Shown here in pieces: positions 15,909 to 29,200 of a stretch of 64,000 nt of DNA (position 1 is its first letter; each line of letters starts with the position of its first letter). The translations under genes and the position numbers were made by a program. The notes beneath the pieces were generated by a model. That model saw only the letters and a program-made list of their open reading frames with translations. It was not told the DNA's origin and did not search any database. The stretch is from NCBI GenBank assembly GCA_030688365.1, contig JAUYIE010000003.1, forward strand, positions 30,417 through 94,416, written 5' to 3'. Origin of the DNA: a bacterium. GTDB lineage: Bacteria > Patescibacteriota > Patescibacteriia > JACQRZ01.

Positions 15909-18698
15909 TTAGGTTTCATCATCATCATCTACTGGTTCTGTAGCACCGCCATCTTCTGTGCTATCACCAAGATAATACGAATCAAAGTCTCTTCCGGATC
16001 GTTCGCTAACCACTTTTTGGATTGCTTTAGCAAATTTCACATTACTATTTGTTCCTGGTTTTGCGTTATCTTGACCCTCTTTAATCGTCGCTCGTCTGTT
16101 ATCCTTACCTGTCGTCCTCATCACCGCACGAAGAATAATACGCATAGACGGTTTGCTGTGTTTGCTGTCCATCTTATGTACTTCATTTAACATATCAGGC
16201 TTGTTCGCAATGGCTTCCAAGATCGCTTTGGCATACTCATTGTCATAATTATTGGCCTCAAAGCGTTTTTTATCGGTTTTTTCAATCAATTTTTTACCAT
16301 CTTTTCCCGCAAGGATTTCCTTAAACGTCGCGAGATTGACTGCTGCTTCGTTTGGATCTGACCCAAAACTCCCATCCTCCTCACACCCAAACGCCGCCTT
16401 CCACCCTTGATCTAACTGATCTTGTTTGGTAGTATTTACTGTTTCTATAAGTGTCTTGGCATACGTACTAAAATACTTATTATATGTTCCTTTCTTTTTG
16501 TTAATACCTGTTCCGCTTTTGATGTCAAGCTTTTGTAGCTTTTGATCTCCGTTTTTGTCAGTAATCATTCTCCCTTTTGTTCTAAAATTTCCGATTCCGT
16601 TTATCATGCTTTCATAACACGCTTTAGCTCGTGGTGTATTTTTAAGAAGTGCGGTATCAAATCTTGACTCATCTACTATGGCAAACGCGGCTTCACCAAA
16701 CTCATCGTCACTCACACCACCAATCATACCTCTGATGGCGTCAGCATTTTGATTATTCGGGTCAAGACTGCCATCTTTATATGCTTCAATACGTTGTTCT
16801 AAAGTCATACCAAACTGCGTATGTTCTCTGCCGATAGTGGACACAAACGCACTTTTCAATTTTTCATCTCCGGTTCCTTTTAATACTGCCAGGTCTTTAG
16901 CTATTTCTGCTGAACTCCCATATTTACCTTTTTTTGCATACGCAAGAATAGCACCATGTCGTTGTGCCGCAGTAAGTGAAGGATCATATCTTCTTTTGGC
17001 AAGATCTTCGGCAGAACGGTTGCCATCATTTTTTTCTTCCTCTGCCGCTTCATCGTATTGGTAATATTTAGCAGCATTTGATAAGTCTCGTGCACCAGTT
17101 TGCGCAAAACCACTGATCTCATTGCCATATATTCCTGCTGCTACCAAGGGATTCATACTGGCAGCCGACGCTACAAATTTTCCTGCTTCCATCCCATATC
17201 CAGCACCAGATACTGCAGCTCTTTTTGTTTGTAACCACTTTATTTTCCAATATTGTTTGTTCTTTTCTTTTTCATTCCCCTCTTGTTGCGCTTTCTTAAG
17301 TTCTCTTTCTGCTGCCTCTATTTCTGTTGTATAACCAGCTTTTATATTTGTGCGTCCATTTTTGGTTAACACGCCAGCACCGACAGCTTCCGCCCCCTTT
17401 GCAAGCAATTCACCCGGTTTTGCAGCCAAGTTGGCTCCCTTCTCTGCCACCCATCCAATACCAGCCGTAACTCGTTGTGCGTCACGATTTACACCTTTTT
17501 TGCGTGCTTGTTCAAGATTATTCCACACTGCAGCACCTCTATCTCGTGCCCAGCGCATTGGTGAAGGCACAGGAGATTTTCCTTTTGCCCAGTTCATAAT
17601 AGCGCCACTTGCCGCGCCTGCCATCTTCCCCCCTCCGGCTCCCAATTCACTTGCCGCCATCAATGTCGCAACCAACATGCCAATACCCAAGAAATACCCG
17701 ATCACCCCCTGATACGTGCCGATTTCCGTACCGCCGGCATTTAAGCCATCCGGTATACCTTCTTCATTGACGTCTTGGCTTGAAAGCAATCCTGCCGTCG
17801 TTGTCTTGTTGATATCAGTTACCCCATTATTGACTTGCGAAACGACTGCCAAAGAAAGCCACAGAAAAAATGCGGCAACCGGCCCTAACAATACAAGATT
17901 GATAAAACTCTCCCACCATTTCTTTGCGTATTCCTGCCCGCGAGGAACCACATTGAGCATAAACGCCCAGGGTGAAAGCACGACAAGAAACCATAGACCG
18001 ATAATACGCATGATAAAAAACATTGTAAGAGTACTCACCACTATCAACGCAACAAGAATAAACACGAGTGCCAATATAAACGAATATGCATTCCCTTGAA
18101 ACTTGTCAGTATCACCCAGTCCGACAATGGCCATAAATTTTGGAACACCAAGAAGGGTAGCAAAGTTCCCCCCTCCCGCAGATGAAAAAGCAGCAACGAA
18201 CGTATTCATTATGACCTGCGACACATCAATCACAAATCCAGCAATTGTCTTAGAAAAATTTACCAATATCGCCGCCATGATAAACGCCGGCAACATTGTC
18301 CTGTAACTATATTTTTCCTGTTGCAATATGGTACCAATAGCGATAGCAAGTAATAAAAATACAAAAAACATATTTGCCATATCACGCATCACTATCCATC
18401 CAAGCGTCGCGGCTGGTGAAGAAATAAAATCATTATATTGCGCAACGCGTAGCAACACTTGTATGACCACCAAAAGCAAACGACCAAACAACAGCGATAA
18501 TCCGCCTGCAACAACACCGACTGTCATTTCGGCGGTATTTGTCGCGGCCGTACCTAGCCAACCCCAGATATTTGCCGCAGCAAACGTTCCTTGAGATATA
18601 CTAAAAATACCGACTCCAATAGCAAAAAATACCCCTAGCACGAGCCAGTGTGAAAAAAGCGACTTTGAGAGCCGTTTGCACACGTCTTTGAACTTCAT
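15909..18698 (-). CDS. VirB6/TrbL-like polytopic membrane protein of 929 aa, with a large hydrophilic C-terminal extension of about 600 aa.
   Basis: The N-terminal roughly 330 aa have at least 6 hydrophobic helices in the VirB6/TrbL arrangement. The remainder is hydrophilic and rich in Gly/Ala/Lys. It is the first gene of the operon. Confidence 0.5.
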   Translation of the reverse strand: MKFKDVCKRLSKSLFSHWLVLGVFFAIGVGIFSISQGTFAAANIWGWLGTAATNTAEMTVGVVAGGLSLLFGRLLLVVIQVLLRVAQYNDFISSPAATLGWIVMRDMANMFFVFLLLAIAIGTILQQEKYSYRTMLPAFIMAAILVNFSKTIAGFVIDVSQVIMNTFVAAFSSAGGGNFATLLGVPKFMAIVGLGDTDKFQGNAYSFILALVFILVALIVVSTLTMFFIMRIIGLWFLVVLSPWAFMLNVVPRGQEYAKKWWESFINLVLLGPVAAFFLWLSLAVVSQVNNGVTDINKTTTAGLLSSQDVNEEGIPDGLNAGGTEIGTYQGVIGYFLGIGMLVATLMAASELGAGGGKMAGAASGAIMNWAKGKSPVPSPMRWARDRGAAVWNNLEQARKKGVNRDAQRVTAGIGWVAEKGANLAAKPGELLAKGAEAVGAGVLTKNGRTNIKAGYTTEIEAAERELKKAQQEGNEKEKNKQYWKIKWLQTKRAAVSGAGYGMEAGKFVASAASMNPLVAAGIYGNEISGFAQTGARDLSNAAKYYQYDEAAEEEKNDGNRSAEDLAKRRYDPSLTAAQRHGAILAYAKKGKYGSSAEIAKDLAVLKGTGDEKLKSAFVSTIGREHTQFGMTLEQRIEAYKDGSLDPNNQNADAIRGMIGGVSDDEFGEAAFAIVDESRFDTALLKNTPRAKACYESMINGIGNFRTKGRMITDKNGDQKLQKLDIKSGTGINKKKGTYNKYFSTYAKTLIETVNTTKQDQLDQGWKAAFGCEEDGSFGSDPNEAAVNLATFKEILAGKDGKKLIEKTDKKRFEANNYDNEYAKAILEAIANKPDMLNEVHKMDSKHSKPSMRIILRAVMRTTGKDNRRATIKEGQDNAKPGTNSNVKFAKAIQKVVSERSGRDFDSYYLGDSTEDGGATEPVDDDDET

Positions 18699-18828
18699 TG
18701 CATCTGTATATTTATACCTTCAGTATACCAAAATATAAAAATACCCACAATGGATATATGAAATATCGCTTGTTTTTTTCTCTATTATTGGTATCCTAGG
18801 GGTATATTACAGTTATGGAGGTAACCAG

Positions 18829-20175
18829 ATGAGTCAAGTTAACAGTAAGGACTGGATTGGGAAGGTCTTTACAATTTTTTTCGCTATGAGCATCATAGCA
18901 ACTTTGAGTGCTTGTGCCCCTGTCGGCACGAACACGGATACACTTTCTCAATCGCTTATTACAACAAACGATTCTGTTCAAACGACAGGAAATACGAATG
19001 ACAGCATACAGACACCTTCTACACCTACCGTTCCTACATCTACTACAAATTCTTCTACCACTACCACAGGAAGAGACCCGGCATTTATGGCGTTATTGGA
19101 TCATCCTGGCATTTCACCAGACGACATAGATCCAATATATGCAAAGAGTGATCGGTATTCGGGACCACCAAAAACCAGTCCGCCGTTGATAAGGACTCTT
19201 GGTCTTCAACTGGCGAAAGAGTTACAAAACAGACTATTGGACAAATGGGGGGATATTGGACCCTTCTGTATATGCCCAAAAGAAGGAAGCTATTATTGTA
19301 GGTCAGATGATGATACACTCACTATATCAGCGATTGAGAGCAGTAAAACACCATATTTACCAGACAGAACCAATTGGTTTTTTTATAAAGAACCGGGTGG
19401 TGAAATGAAAAACACGATCGTTACATTTACGAAGGATCAAAAGGGTGATGAGATCGCTACGCCAATATACGACTTAGATAAAAAAGTATCAGAGTTACCT
19501 TTTGTATTGCGTCGAGACCGATTCTATAGTTATTTTCTAACATATAATAAAGGTACAGAGTATAGTCTTTCAAATAACTACTGCATGATTCAAATGACGC
19601 CGCAAGACACACGCCATGTGTTTCGGATGTATCCGCTTGTAAAAAATGCATGGTCGCTGTTTGTCGCATTGAAAAAATATTTTAATGAGGTGACGACATT
19701 TCCAGCGCTCGATCCAGAGATCACAAACATTCCAGATCCGAATTGTGGAGATGAATATTCCGTCAGCACTGTGATGGAAAGTAAATATCTACAAGTAATG
19801 TTGAATACAATGGCCGTCAAAAAGCCATTAAGTTCCCAGGATATTTCGGGAACATATGATATTCAAGTCCAAAAAGGCGATCCACCTACAACCTACACAG
19901 GAAAAAGGTGGATTAAGAAATTCTGTCTTGTGCCTGGTATTTTTCTTACGAAACACTCGGGACAGTCTCAAATAGAGCGACCTAGATTTGAGGTAGTTAC
20001 AAAAGATGGCCAAATTCAAGATATTTATGATTATTTAGAGATAGTGAATTTGAAACAGTACACGGAAGTAGCCACTAAAATAAGTGATACTCCTTTGGAT
20101 AGTATTTTTGAAGGAACAGTAGATTACGCAACAATTTGGAGCTATACTCGTTATTTTTCCCAGGTTGTAAATTAA
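18829..20175 (+). CDS. Lipoprotein of 448 aa with signal peptide and lipobox LSAC. Hypothetical.
   Basis: MSQVNSKDWIGKVFTIFFAMSIIATLSAC lipobox. A GGAGGT RBS lies 7 nt upstream. A Thr/Ser-rich linker follows the Cys. Confidence 0.55.
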   Translation: MSQVNSKDWIGKVFTIFFAMSIIATLSACAPVGTNTDTLSQSLITTNDSVQTTGNTNDSIQTPSTPTVPTSTTNSSTTTTGRDPAFMALLDHPGISPDDIDPIYAKSDRYSGPPKTSPPLIRTLGLQLAKELQNRLLDKWGDIGPFCICPKEGSYYCRSDDDTLTISAIESSKTPYLPDRTNWFFYKEPGGEMKNTIVTFTKDQKGDEIATPIYDLDKKVSELPFVLRRDRFYSYFLTYNKGTEYSLSNNYCMIQMTPQDTRHVFRMYPLVKNAWSLFVALKKYFNEVTTFPALDPEITNIPDPNCGDEYSVSTVMESKYLQVMLNTMAVKKPLSSQDISGTYDIQVQKGDPPTTYTGKRWIKKFCLVPGIFLTKHSGQSQIERPRFEVVTKDGQIQDIYDYLEIVNLKQYTEVATKISDTPLDSIFEGTVDYATIWSYTRYFSQVVN

Positions 20176-20199
20176 AAGTTTTAATTATTGTGACAACAC

Positions 20200-20234
20200 C
20201 TGCTATATTAAATATGAAAATATAGCAGTTTTTT
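20200..20234 (+). terminator. Rho-independent terminator for the lipoprotein gene.
   Basis: CTGCTATAT-(11 nt loop)-ATATAGCAG followed by TTTTTT, located between convergent genes. Confidence 0.5.
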
Positions 20235-23200
20235 ATTGTACTATTTCACATGTCTCCACGTTTTTGGCTCCCCAGTTGTCAGCAATCTCCACACAAATAC
20301 GTTTGCCTTTGGCGCGATCGTTAAAATATGTATGGACAAACTGATGTTCACCGTGCGGAGCTAAGAAAGATGTATAGTTGTTTTGCGATAGCAATGCCGT
20401 CAGTGGACGATCATTATCACTATAATACACTGACTGTTTACCATGACCATCATCCCAATCAATGGATATCATACGCAAAGGTTTTTGTTGATCGTCTACT
20501 GAACTATTGAAATGAATCTCAACAGTTTTTCCGTTTGGCTTGGAAACAATACTAAAACCATCAACAACACTTGTCTTTGCACCATTTGCGCGCAGTACAC
20601 GGGGTTGCACAGCACATCTTCCGGCTTTTCTTTCGATAGTATCCGTAACTGTTTGTGTGCCGTTTAGATTTTTTGTAGCTGCACAATATGCATTGGTAGG
20701 GGGCGTATAGAGAGGAGAATCTCCAATCTGGATATATTTTTTATATGTTGTATCCCAGTGCCACTCTGTATACCCTGTTGCAAAATACTTTTTGAGAAGC
20801 GCTGTACCATTACCATTCCGCTCGCTCAATTCTGCTGCACGTGAACCAAAACACTTCCCCTCCGAACTGCAATCAGAAGTTGTCGTACATATTTGGCCAT
20901 TGCGTGAACCCCCAAGACAGATAGAACTTGCTCTACGTATTGCTTCTACCGACAACGACTGCGCATGTGCGATAGACAAGTCATCGTCGTTAATAATATC
21001 TATTGGTTGTGCCCATTGTTCCGGTTTACTTGTCGGTGGAATCAAAGACATATACTTTGAAATCTCACCAGAAGAAGACAGCACACCTGGAGGATCTTCA
21101 TATTCAATAAAGGGCGCACCTGAACGATCTTTCGGTGTGGTTGGATCCGCAAGTTTTGACTGCCACGGTACTGCTTCACCGTCCTCTTTTACAACCTGCA
21201 CAATATTCGTACAATAGTCCCTTACGTAAATAGTAATAGACACGAACATATCCATCATCTGTCTGTCGTCCCAATTCCATGTGGAATCATCACAATATCT
21301 CCATTGCCAATATTGGATAGTTCCGTCCGGTGCGGGTACCGGCTTTATGCCTATAAAATCACGTCCGATACCACCGCTCGTTTGTGCCTGACATCCGGCG
21401 CCAAAAACTGTATCAGGAGTTACATCTGTAGCTTGCGCGCTGGCGGCCACCATCGTAAATTCTGTTTTCGCGGTTGTAGAAATCACCGGTGGTGGAGCCA
21501 ACCTTCTCAACTCCCTGTACTGTGCATAATCGGGCTTCGGTAGTGCAGTTAATATTGGTCGCGCATCCTTACCGGTAAATGCCCATCCATCCTCATTAAT
21601 AGTTCCACTGCCCCCACCATATGTAACGGTAACAAAGTAAGGACCCTCACCTATACGAGGCATGTATGTTTTGGTCCAATCTTGTCCGGGAAGTGTGTTA
21701 CGAGTACGATGTTCTATCGTATAATCTATTTGCGTGATTTGATCCATGTTTATACTTTTTTCAAAGGCATTGGCTGGTGTTAATTTCATACCAGTATCTG
21801 CGTGTTCTTTTGCACCATCGCTAAGAATCAGCACTGAATCATCAGTTGATACGTTCAATCCGCTTCTTAATTGTGTGTTAGGCTCCACATCAGAATAAAT
21901 GTTGGTGACCGACGCTATACTGACCAACGTTTGTGAAGATAATGCACCAGGTTGTCCAAGGTCAAGTATGACTTCTATTTCTTTTGCTGATTCACCCTCA
22001 ACTGGTGTCGTTGCAAACAACTTTATCACCGCCTTGTATGTTCCCCCTGACGGAGTAAATTGTGTAACTTCAGGAACAATACTCAATCCCAAAGGTGTGC
22101 CTGACATACCTGCAGCAGGTGAAAATGATAGCCACTGGAGATCGCCCGTCCCACCTCGAGATATTGTTTGGATAGATTTTAATTCTGCACGCCAGTGGTA
22201 GACTGTCTCACGTGGAATCGATCCAATGATAATCTGCTTTCCATGGCGAATATCTCCTGATGTCATAGTGATACTGGAAGGTATATCCATTGCCGGCCGA
22301 ACAACCAATGAAACAGGAATTATTGATTGCAAGGATGTTTCTACAGGTGGTGAATCAGAGGTTGGAAAACAACCGCTTGCTGTGTGAGTAGTTGTCGTAA
22401 CTTGTTGTCCTTTGACCACAACAGAACCTTGATATGGTGCAAGTTTGAAAGAAGTATTTTTTGGATCCGAAATATCTGTAACGAGAAATTTATCCTTGAT
22501 GTCTTGGGGGTGGATGAGCTCCGTCTGCACCGCTAATGGATCGTAAGAAGATATGCATGTAGATCCGCCATTAAAAATAGCTCCATAACATTTATTAACT
22601 ATATCACCACCATCACCGCTGACAATACGAGTCGGTGCTGCATCCTCGCTTGTTCCAACTCCGCTTTCTTTTTCTTTAAGCCACGACATGTATGAAGATG
22701 TATCAGTTGTAGGACGTGGACAGTTAATACCTCCTCCACAATACGGAGCCGGACTATTGGAAGATGTCACTGAATCAATACCTAAAGATGTACCAGTGAA
22801 ATCTCGCGTCGTAACCGTTGTGGTAGTCCGACAACATGGCGGGGTGTCATCCGAACCGGGTGAGCATGTTTCAAATGTTTTTATCACCTTACCATATCCT
22901 AGTGGTACCTTATTTGATTTAGGATCATTCCCTTCCACTGTATTCATTAGAGAAAGTGAGAGTGTTTTTGAAAGATTCACTGAATAATTTTTAGGAACAT
23001 ATTGCGTTTCCGGGATACCAACATCAGTACGGAGTTTTTGATGTGGTTGAACAAGATCGTTATTGCAAAGTGGCAATGTCGCAGTTACTTTCGTTTTGTC
23101 AGTCGTACAATTGGTCGCTACCGGTGTCTTAAAAAGATCAGGCACGTCAATGTAGAGCATCTCACTCTTACTAACTCTTTGTTCCGTAACATTTTTTACA

Positions 23201-26200
23201 ACGATATAATACTGTATACCACTCACGGTGTTGGTGCCTGTCGCATTAGATGCTGAAGGAATCGTTATCTGAAAATTTTGATCACAATTCATTTCTTCCT
23301 TAAACTTATAATCAAAACTTTCAAATTTTTGATTAAATTTCCCTTCCGGGATACCGTGCCAAATACCGTCACCCAGGTAATTATACACCACCCGTAAGGT
23401 ATATTTACCTGCTTTATCAGCACATAATGAAGGAGAACTCTTCTGTCCATCAATAATGATACCAATCGGAGTATGGGCATCATAAATAGGTGACATACCA
23501 TCTCTCAAATGGTTTTCCTCATCAACACGATCTTCATTGAGATTTTTACTTAAATTGGTATACCACACTTTTGCAAAGAAAGTATCTTGCACTGGAGAGT
23601 CATCACGCGAAAATTCCGGCGCAATAGTTGGTGTAGCTGTTGGTGTTTCTGTTGGTGTCTCATCTTCAGCGGACAAATCAAGAGTAACTTTGACAGTCTT
23701 GTATGTTTCACCACCCCATACTCCTTCCAGAGGACCCACAGCATAGACATTGACATAGCCCACGACATCTCTATTAATAAATCCCAAAATATCCGATCGT
23801 ATCCCTATCTTCAGAGAGTCACCATCTTTTCCACTATCTTGTGATAATACAATCCAATCACTCACAAAACCGGCCCCCACAGATATTTTACCCGTCCGCG
23901 CTGTATCAACGACCGCTCGCCATTGAAGTTGCTCCGGATGATTTTGTTGTGTTGGATGATCTGTTGTACTAGACACTTTCACACTGCGTGTTTCATTGGC
24001 AAGTGCCTGATTATAATTAAATGTTACATTCTCCGTTGAAACAGAAAGCGCGGGTTTTATCACCTGGTACTCCTTACCTGATACAGCCGCGATGCGATAC
24101 GTAGGCAATCTCTCCGACAAATTTTGTGCAATATGTTCAAAGACGCGTGCGGTATTTGAAAATGCCAGCTTAAGTGAATTCATAATGGAATCCACAAAGA
24201 CAAATGTCTTATGTATACCGCTATCTGCTGTGTATCCCTCTACAAGTAATGTAAACGGCTTACTTATCGGCTTTGTCCCTCCTTCAAAAGTACAATATAC
24301 ATAAGGGTGCTGATATGCAGGTATCAGATGATCATTTACAGAGTTTGATTGTGTTCTTTCTTTCACTGCTTTTACCTTAAATTCAATATAGTTTTGAGAA
24401 TTCGCCTTAGCGACATATGTCTTATCCGCCTCATACTGTGAATATGAGCGACTGGTATCCAAAACCCCAAAAGTATCTAAATGTTCATACTGCTTCACCA
24501 AATAGTCCTCATCAGGATTTGTTGTAGTATCATCCAAGCCACATGTCACACTCGTCCCCGAAGGTACATTGGTAACACGCACCAGCTGTGCAGCACCTTC
24601 TTTTGTAGCAACCAACGTATTATCGCCATTTTCAGTGAGTTGGCCGGTCCTCCCGCCAAATAAAATCTTTGCTTGTGAAGATATCGTTTGACCCCCTGAT
24701 GTATATGGTTCATCTACTAATTCAAACTCCGCATTTACTGCCGGCATAGCCACACCGTTAAGTTTACAAGTAATCACAGCTGATCCTATACGTGCTTGCG
24801 CACCACTCTTTGCACTCGCATATAATGGCATACCGTTTTCTTTTATATCAGCACTAAAGGCAAGCTGACTCAATATAGTAGTAGGTACACCTCCCGTATC
24901 GCATCTAAGCTTATATGCTTCTAATTCAGTATTATTAAATAATACGTCATGTTCACCACCTTTATATACAAGTACTTGCCCCCATGTACCGTAGGCGAGC
25001 GTCCCAGAAAGATATGTCGGTACATGTACGGGAGATGTCCTGGTGGTCGCATCAACAACTTTTATATGCGCACCCTGGGCAATCAAATCATCGGCATTGA
25101 TTGCATTACTAATATCAAATGCAGTGTCGCGTAGTTGCATGGTTGGCCAGTTTATATCCTTGAAACGGAATATAGAGGTGTCTCGTGTTTTCACACCATA
25201 CCCAGTGATGACGTCTGTTGAAGCGGGAACATACGGGGTCATACCTTGTGCACCACCCTTGCTTTGGACACAGTAATACAACGGTTTAGGACCTTGATAT
25301 GCCGGTAATGCATTTTGTCCTTCCAGCACATTCACTTGACCTTGAATATACGAGACGGGATACCAGTTGAGGCAGTATCCTTGATATCCGGCATCGTGCA
25401 CATTATTTATTTTACTCTGGAACAGACTGTTATTCTTTGGATACGATTCTAAACAATACCCATACAATCCATTTTGACGATCAAGATTTTTATCTTGATA
25501 ATAACATGCATCTACCGGAATGGCTTTGGATGACACTGCTTCTCCGGACGCATTATATCCCTGCAAAACATTCCATGACCGTTGTGTCGCATCTGGCGCG
25601 TCCTTTTGTGGATACAAACGACATGAATTTCTAATCCAATCATCATTGTTCCACCCAGTGATCAAGCTGTTCACTAGACGTCCTCCTTGATCTTTGGAAG
25701 CGTCTGCTTCAGATTTCTCATCCCATGCAAACGTACTATCATGTCCACCGGTTACAGTAAACGAGTCATTACCAGAAAGCGCGGGGAAAACAAAATTGGG
25801 TCGAGCAATACCCGAAAGAGTTCGTGCGACAGCCACACCTCCTCTAGAATACTCACCAAGTAAGGCCGAATCGCGAACATACGGCGGGTTATAAAATTCC
25901 GCACATGGTTCATCAGTGCTTCCCCATTCATCACAAGGACGACGTTCAAGACATATTTCTTGTGATTTAGTGGAATCTTTCAGATCAGGAACAACAATAG
26001 ACGAAGTACATGCAAGCCACACCTTACACTGACGATTCAAACCTACCTGATACAACGCGTTCGCGTCCTGTGCTGATCCTCCTGCGAGGAGGTTGATACC
26101 ACCTTCTGGATCTTTGGTTGGATCGTTGTAAATATCATGGGATGTATACACATCTTTCCCTTTTTCTGCCAAAGGATCATGAAAGAGTAAACATCCCACC

Positions 26201-29200
26201 GCAGGGTTCACTTTAGAGCAGGTGTCACCTCCGATTTTGTTTGGCGCTGTTTTTATATAATATGCAGATTGACATGCGCTTTTTCCTCCACCTCCTTGAC
26301 CGTAGTTATCACGCAATGATCCATCGTTCTGACATTCAGGATCAATAATGGCGCGACAATTATTTTCTGATTGCGGACAAAGCGCGGTCATGCCACTTTG
26401 GACAACAGGGATATCTCTAGCTGGCGTTTGATTACAATCAACGATACCCTCACTCTCGTCTTCAAGGATCCAACCCGGATTACGCCCACTGTCACCTTTG
26501 GACCATTTGCACAATTTAGTGCCTGGATCTTTAAAGTAATATAATGATTTAGTAGCAGGATCTTGATATTCACTACATCCTACTTCTGTTGATTGACACT
26601 GTGCTGCCTTTGTATCCTCATGACTTGGATCAAACTTATAATATACTGTTTTCCACTTCTCCTTAGCTTCGCCGATTTCAACACCTGTCTCTTGTACCTT
26701 TCCATTAGAATCTAAAGATGGAATACCAAATGCAGTACACGATTGCGCATTTTTACTACACCGCTTGTCGAGATCAGGTACAAAATATTGCGTATATGCC
26801 GTTCCATTAGCGGGATGTACGGTAAACTTGTCACATCCGACGAATTCCATTTTGCAAGATTCATCCAATGTCGTGAACGCCACCGGCTTTCCTTTTGTAT
26901 CGCTATACAACCTACATCCAAGCTGTGCTCCCAGCCGTGTTTTATCAATCGCGGCAGTACACGATGATGGCACGTTGAGTTTTGTGTCAATAGCATATAC
27001 AACATCTTGCACTTCACTCACAATCACATCATCAATGAAAAACTCGCCACTATCATGCGTGATATGCAAAACAGCCACAAAAGAATCAGCAGTCGTGTGT
27101 ATGTTTGGCAATGCAAATCTTACCCGCTCCCAATCATCGTCTTGGGTATTCAAGAGAAACTCGCCTAACCCATATGAGCCAGAGAGCTCTGGCGAGGATA
27201 GTGATGCGGATACTGTCGCATTGGACGCGCCTTTTACATAAAAAGTTACGATATAACCATACCCGTTATGCAACATTACATTACCATGAGATATTTCAAT
27301 GTCGTCACTTGTTTTCTTCTCAACACGCAGACTGTCACTGTCAGCGACCAGACCACTACTTGATGGCGAAAGTTTACCTGTACTACTCTGCCAACCACCT
27401 ATCGTACCGTCTTCAAAGGTAGATATCAGTCCGGTCGCGATATTACCTGAACGCGTCCCCTCAAAACGACGACATCCTATTGCACTCGGAGAACACGAAA
27501 TGCTGTGCGATGGAGATATCACATATTCCGCGCCTCCCGTTGTACGTCTCATTTCACTACAATCATCTGTCTGATATACGATTAACGCGGGATCTCTATA
27601 AAACGCGTATCCATCACGATTGATATATTCACGGCAAGAAAAAGTATTGGTAAGCGGATTGTCCCGCTGCTCGGAAAATGTTGATTGATCACACTCGCAG
27701 TCAGACGCCCTGTCCGGATCCTTTGGATCTGGCGCACACACAGGCGCATCATTTGCATCTGTCTTTAGATTGACGACAGACAACTTAAATCCACTCGTAT
27801 CTGATCCATACCATGAATAGAATGGCGTTGGCTCTGCCGGAGTTTTTTCACATGCTTGGACGGTGCTGAAATACTGTTTCGTTTCATTGGACAGGTTGGT
27901 AAACTCTGCGCATCCATCCGCTTGTGCAGAACATTGTCGTGCTTTTTCAGGAATAAAAGCCACTGAATGCTCGCTACTATCAAATTGATTGGCGATTTTT
28001 GTATATACTTGAAGACCCGCACATGATGATTCACACTCTTGCGGATTTTTACCGGCTCGGTCTTCTCCCCCATCGTCAGAACTATAATATTCGCATCCTT
28101 GATAGTCTTCTGTACATTGTGTGACAAATTGTTTACATGCTGTTGAGTCAAATCCGTCTTGTTCAAAACCGCATTGGAGGGTGACTGGCGCAATTTTGTA
28201 ATAATCATCTTTATTGCTCCTATCATTGGTAACCAATTGACATCCTTCATCTGACTGATCACACTCTAACGCACCGACTTTTGAATTGAAATATTCTTTC
28301 TCGTCAGTATCAGGAAGATTTGGTTTATATACCCACGGATGGACAGAATCTGTGCTGCGTGTATTGCTATATACCTGACATCCCTTATTTTCATTGGTAC
28401 AGATGGATCCCCCCGAATTACTAAACGCAGGAATAGTAGAAGTAAGCGCGGTTAGTGTAGTACCTTTGTTTGTATTAACAAATGATCTACACGAATCAAA
28501 TTGTTTGTCACAGTTTTCTGCATCAAACTGCCAACTTGGTTGCTCTTGGATACAATATCCATATCGGCCTTGCACACAATTTCCATTCCCATCACTTTGT
28601 AGACATGTTTGTTCATCAACACATGTGTCTTGACGACTCATTTGCGGAACTCTGACATCATATTGGTTATTATTGCCACTCTGAAAATCACTACCACAAT
28701 CAATAACACCGTCTCCATTTGTATCAAATATACACTCAACATCGTTGTCAGTTAAAGCGTTTTCCGGACCATATCCCTCTAACGCGCATCGTGTTGGAGG
28801 CAACTGTAAAATCCATGTATCATCCACTAACCCAAAAAAAGGAGAATCTTCGTCATTAAATCCATCAATCATATCACCCAGCGTACAGCTTTTTGCCTTG
28901 GTTCCATTATCACAAACCGTCGGATATTTTTTGATATACAACGCTGCGTATTCCCACGTAACAGGAATGATACGGTATTTTCGCAGGACTACGAGAGAAT
29001 CATACGGAAGATTCTCCTTTGGGCTGGGTTGAGCTGAGTTACTTTGAAAACCAAACAAATCTGACGTATGCAAGTATCCTTTGCGTATAGCACTTCGGAC
29101 AGTCATACCGGTCTGTAATGCCGTTGCCATACCATCACTCATGACGCGCGCGTCCGGATTACCTATTGTCGGTTCTGCCGACAGACGACTCATCAAGTCA

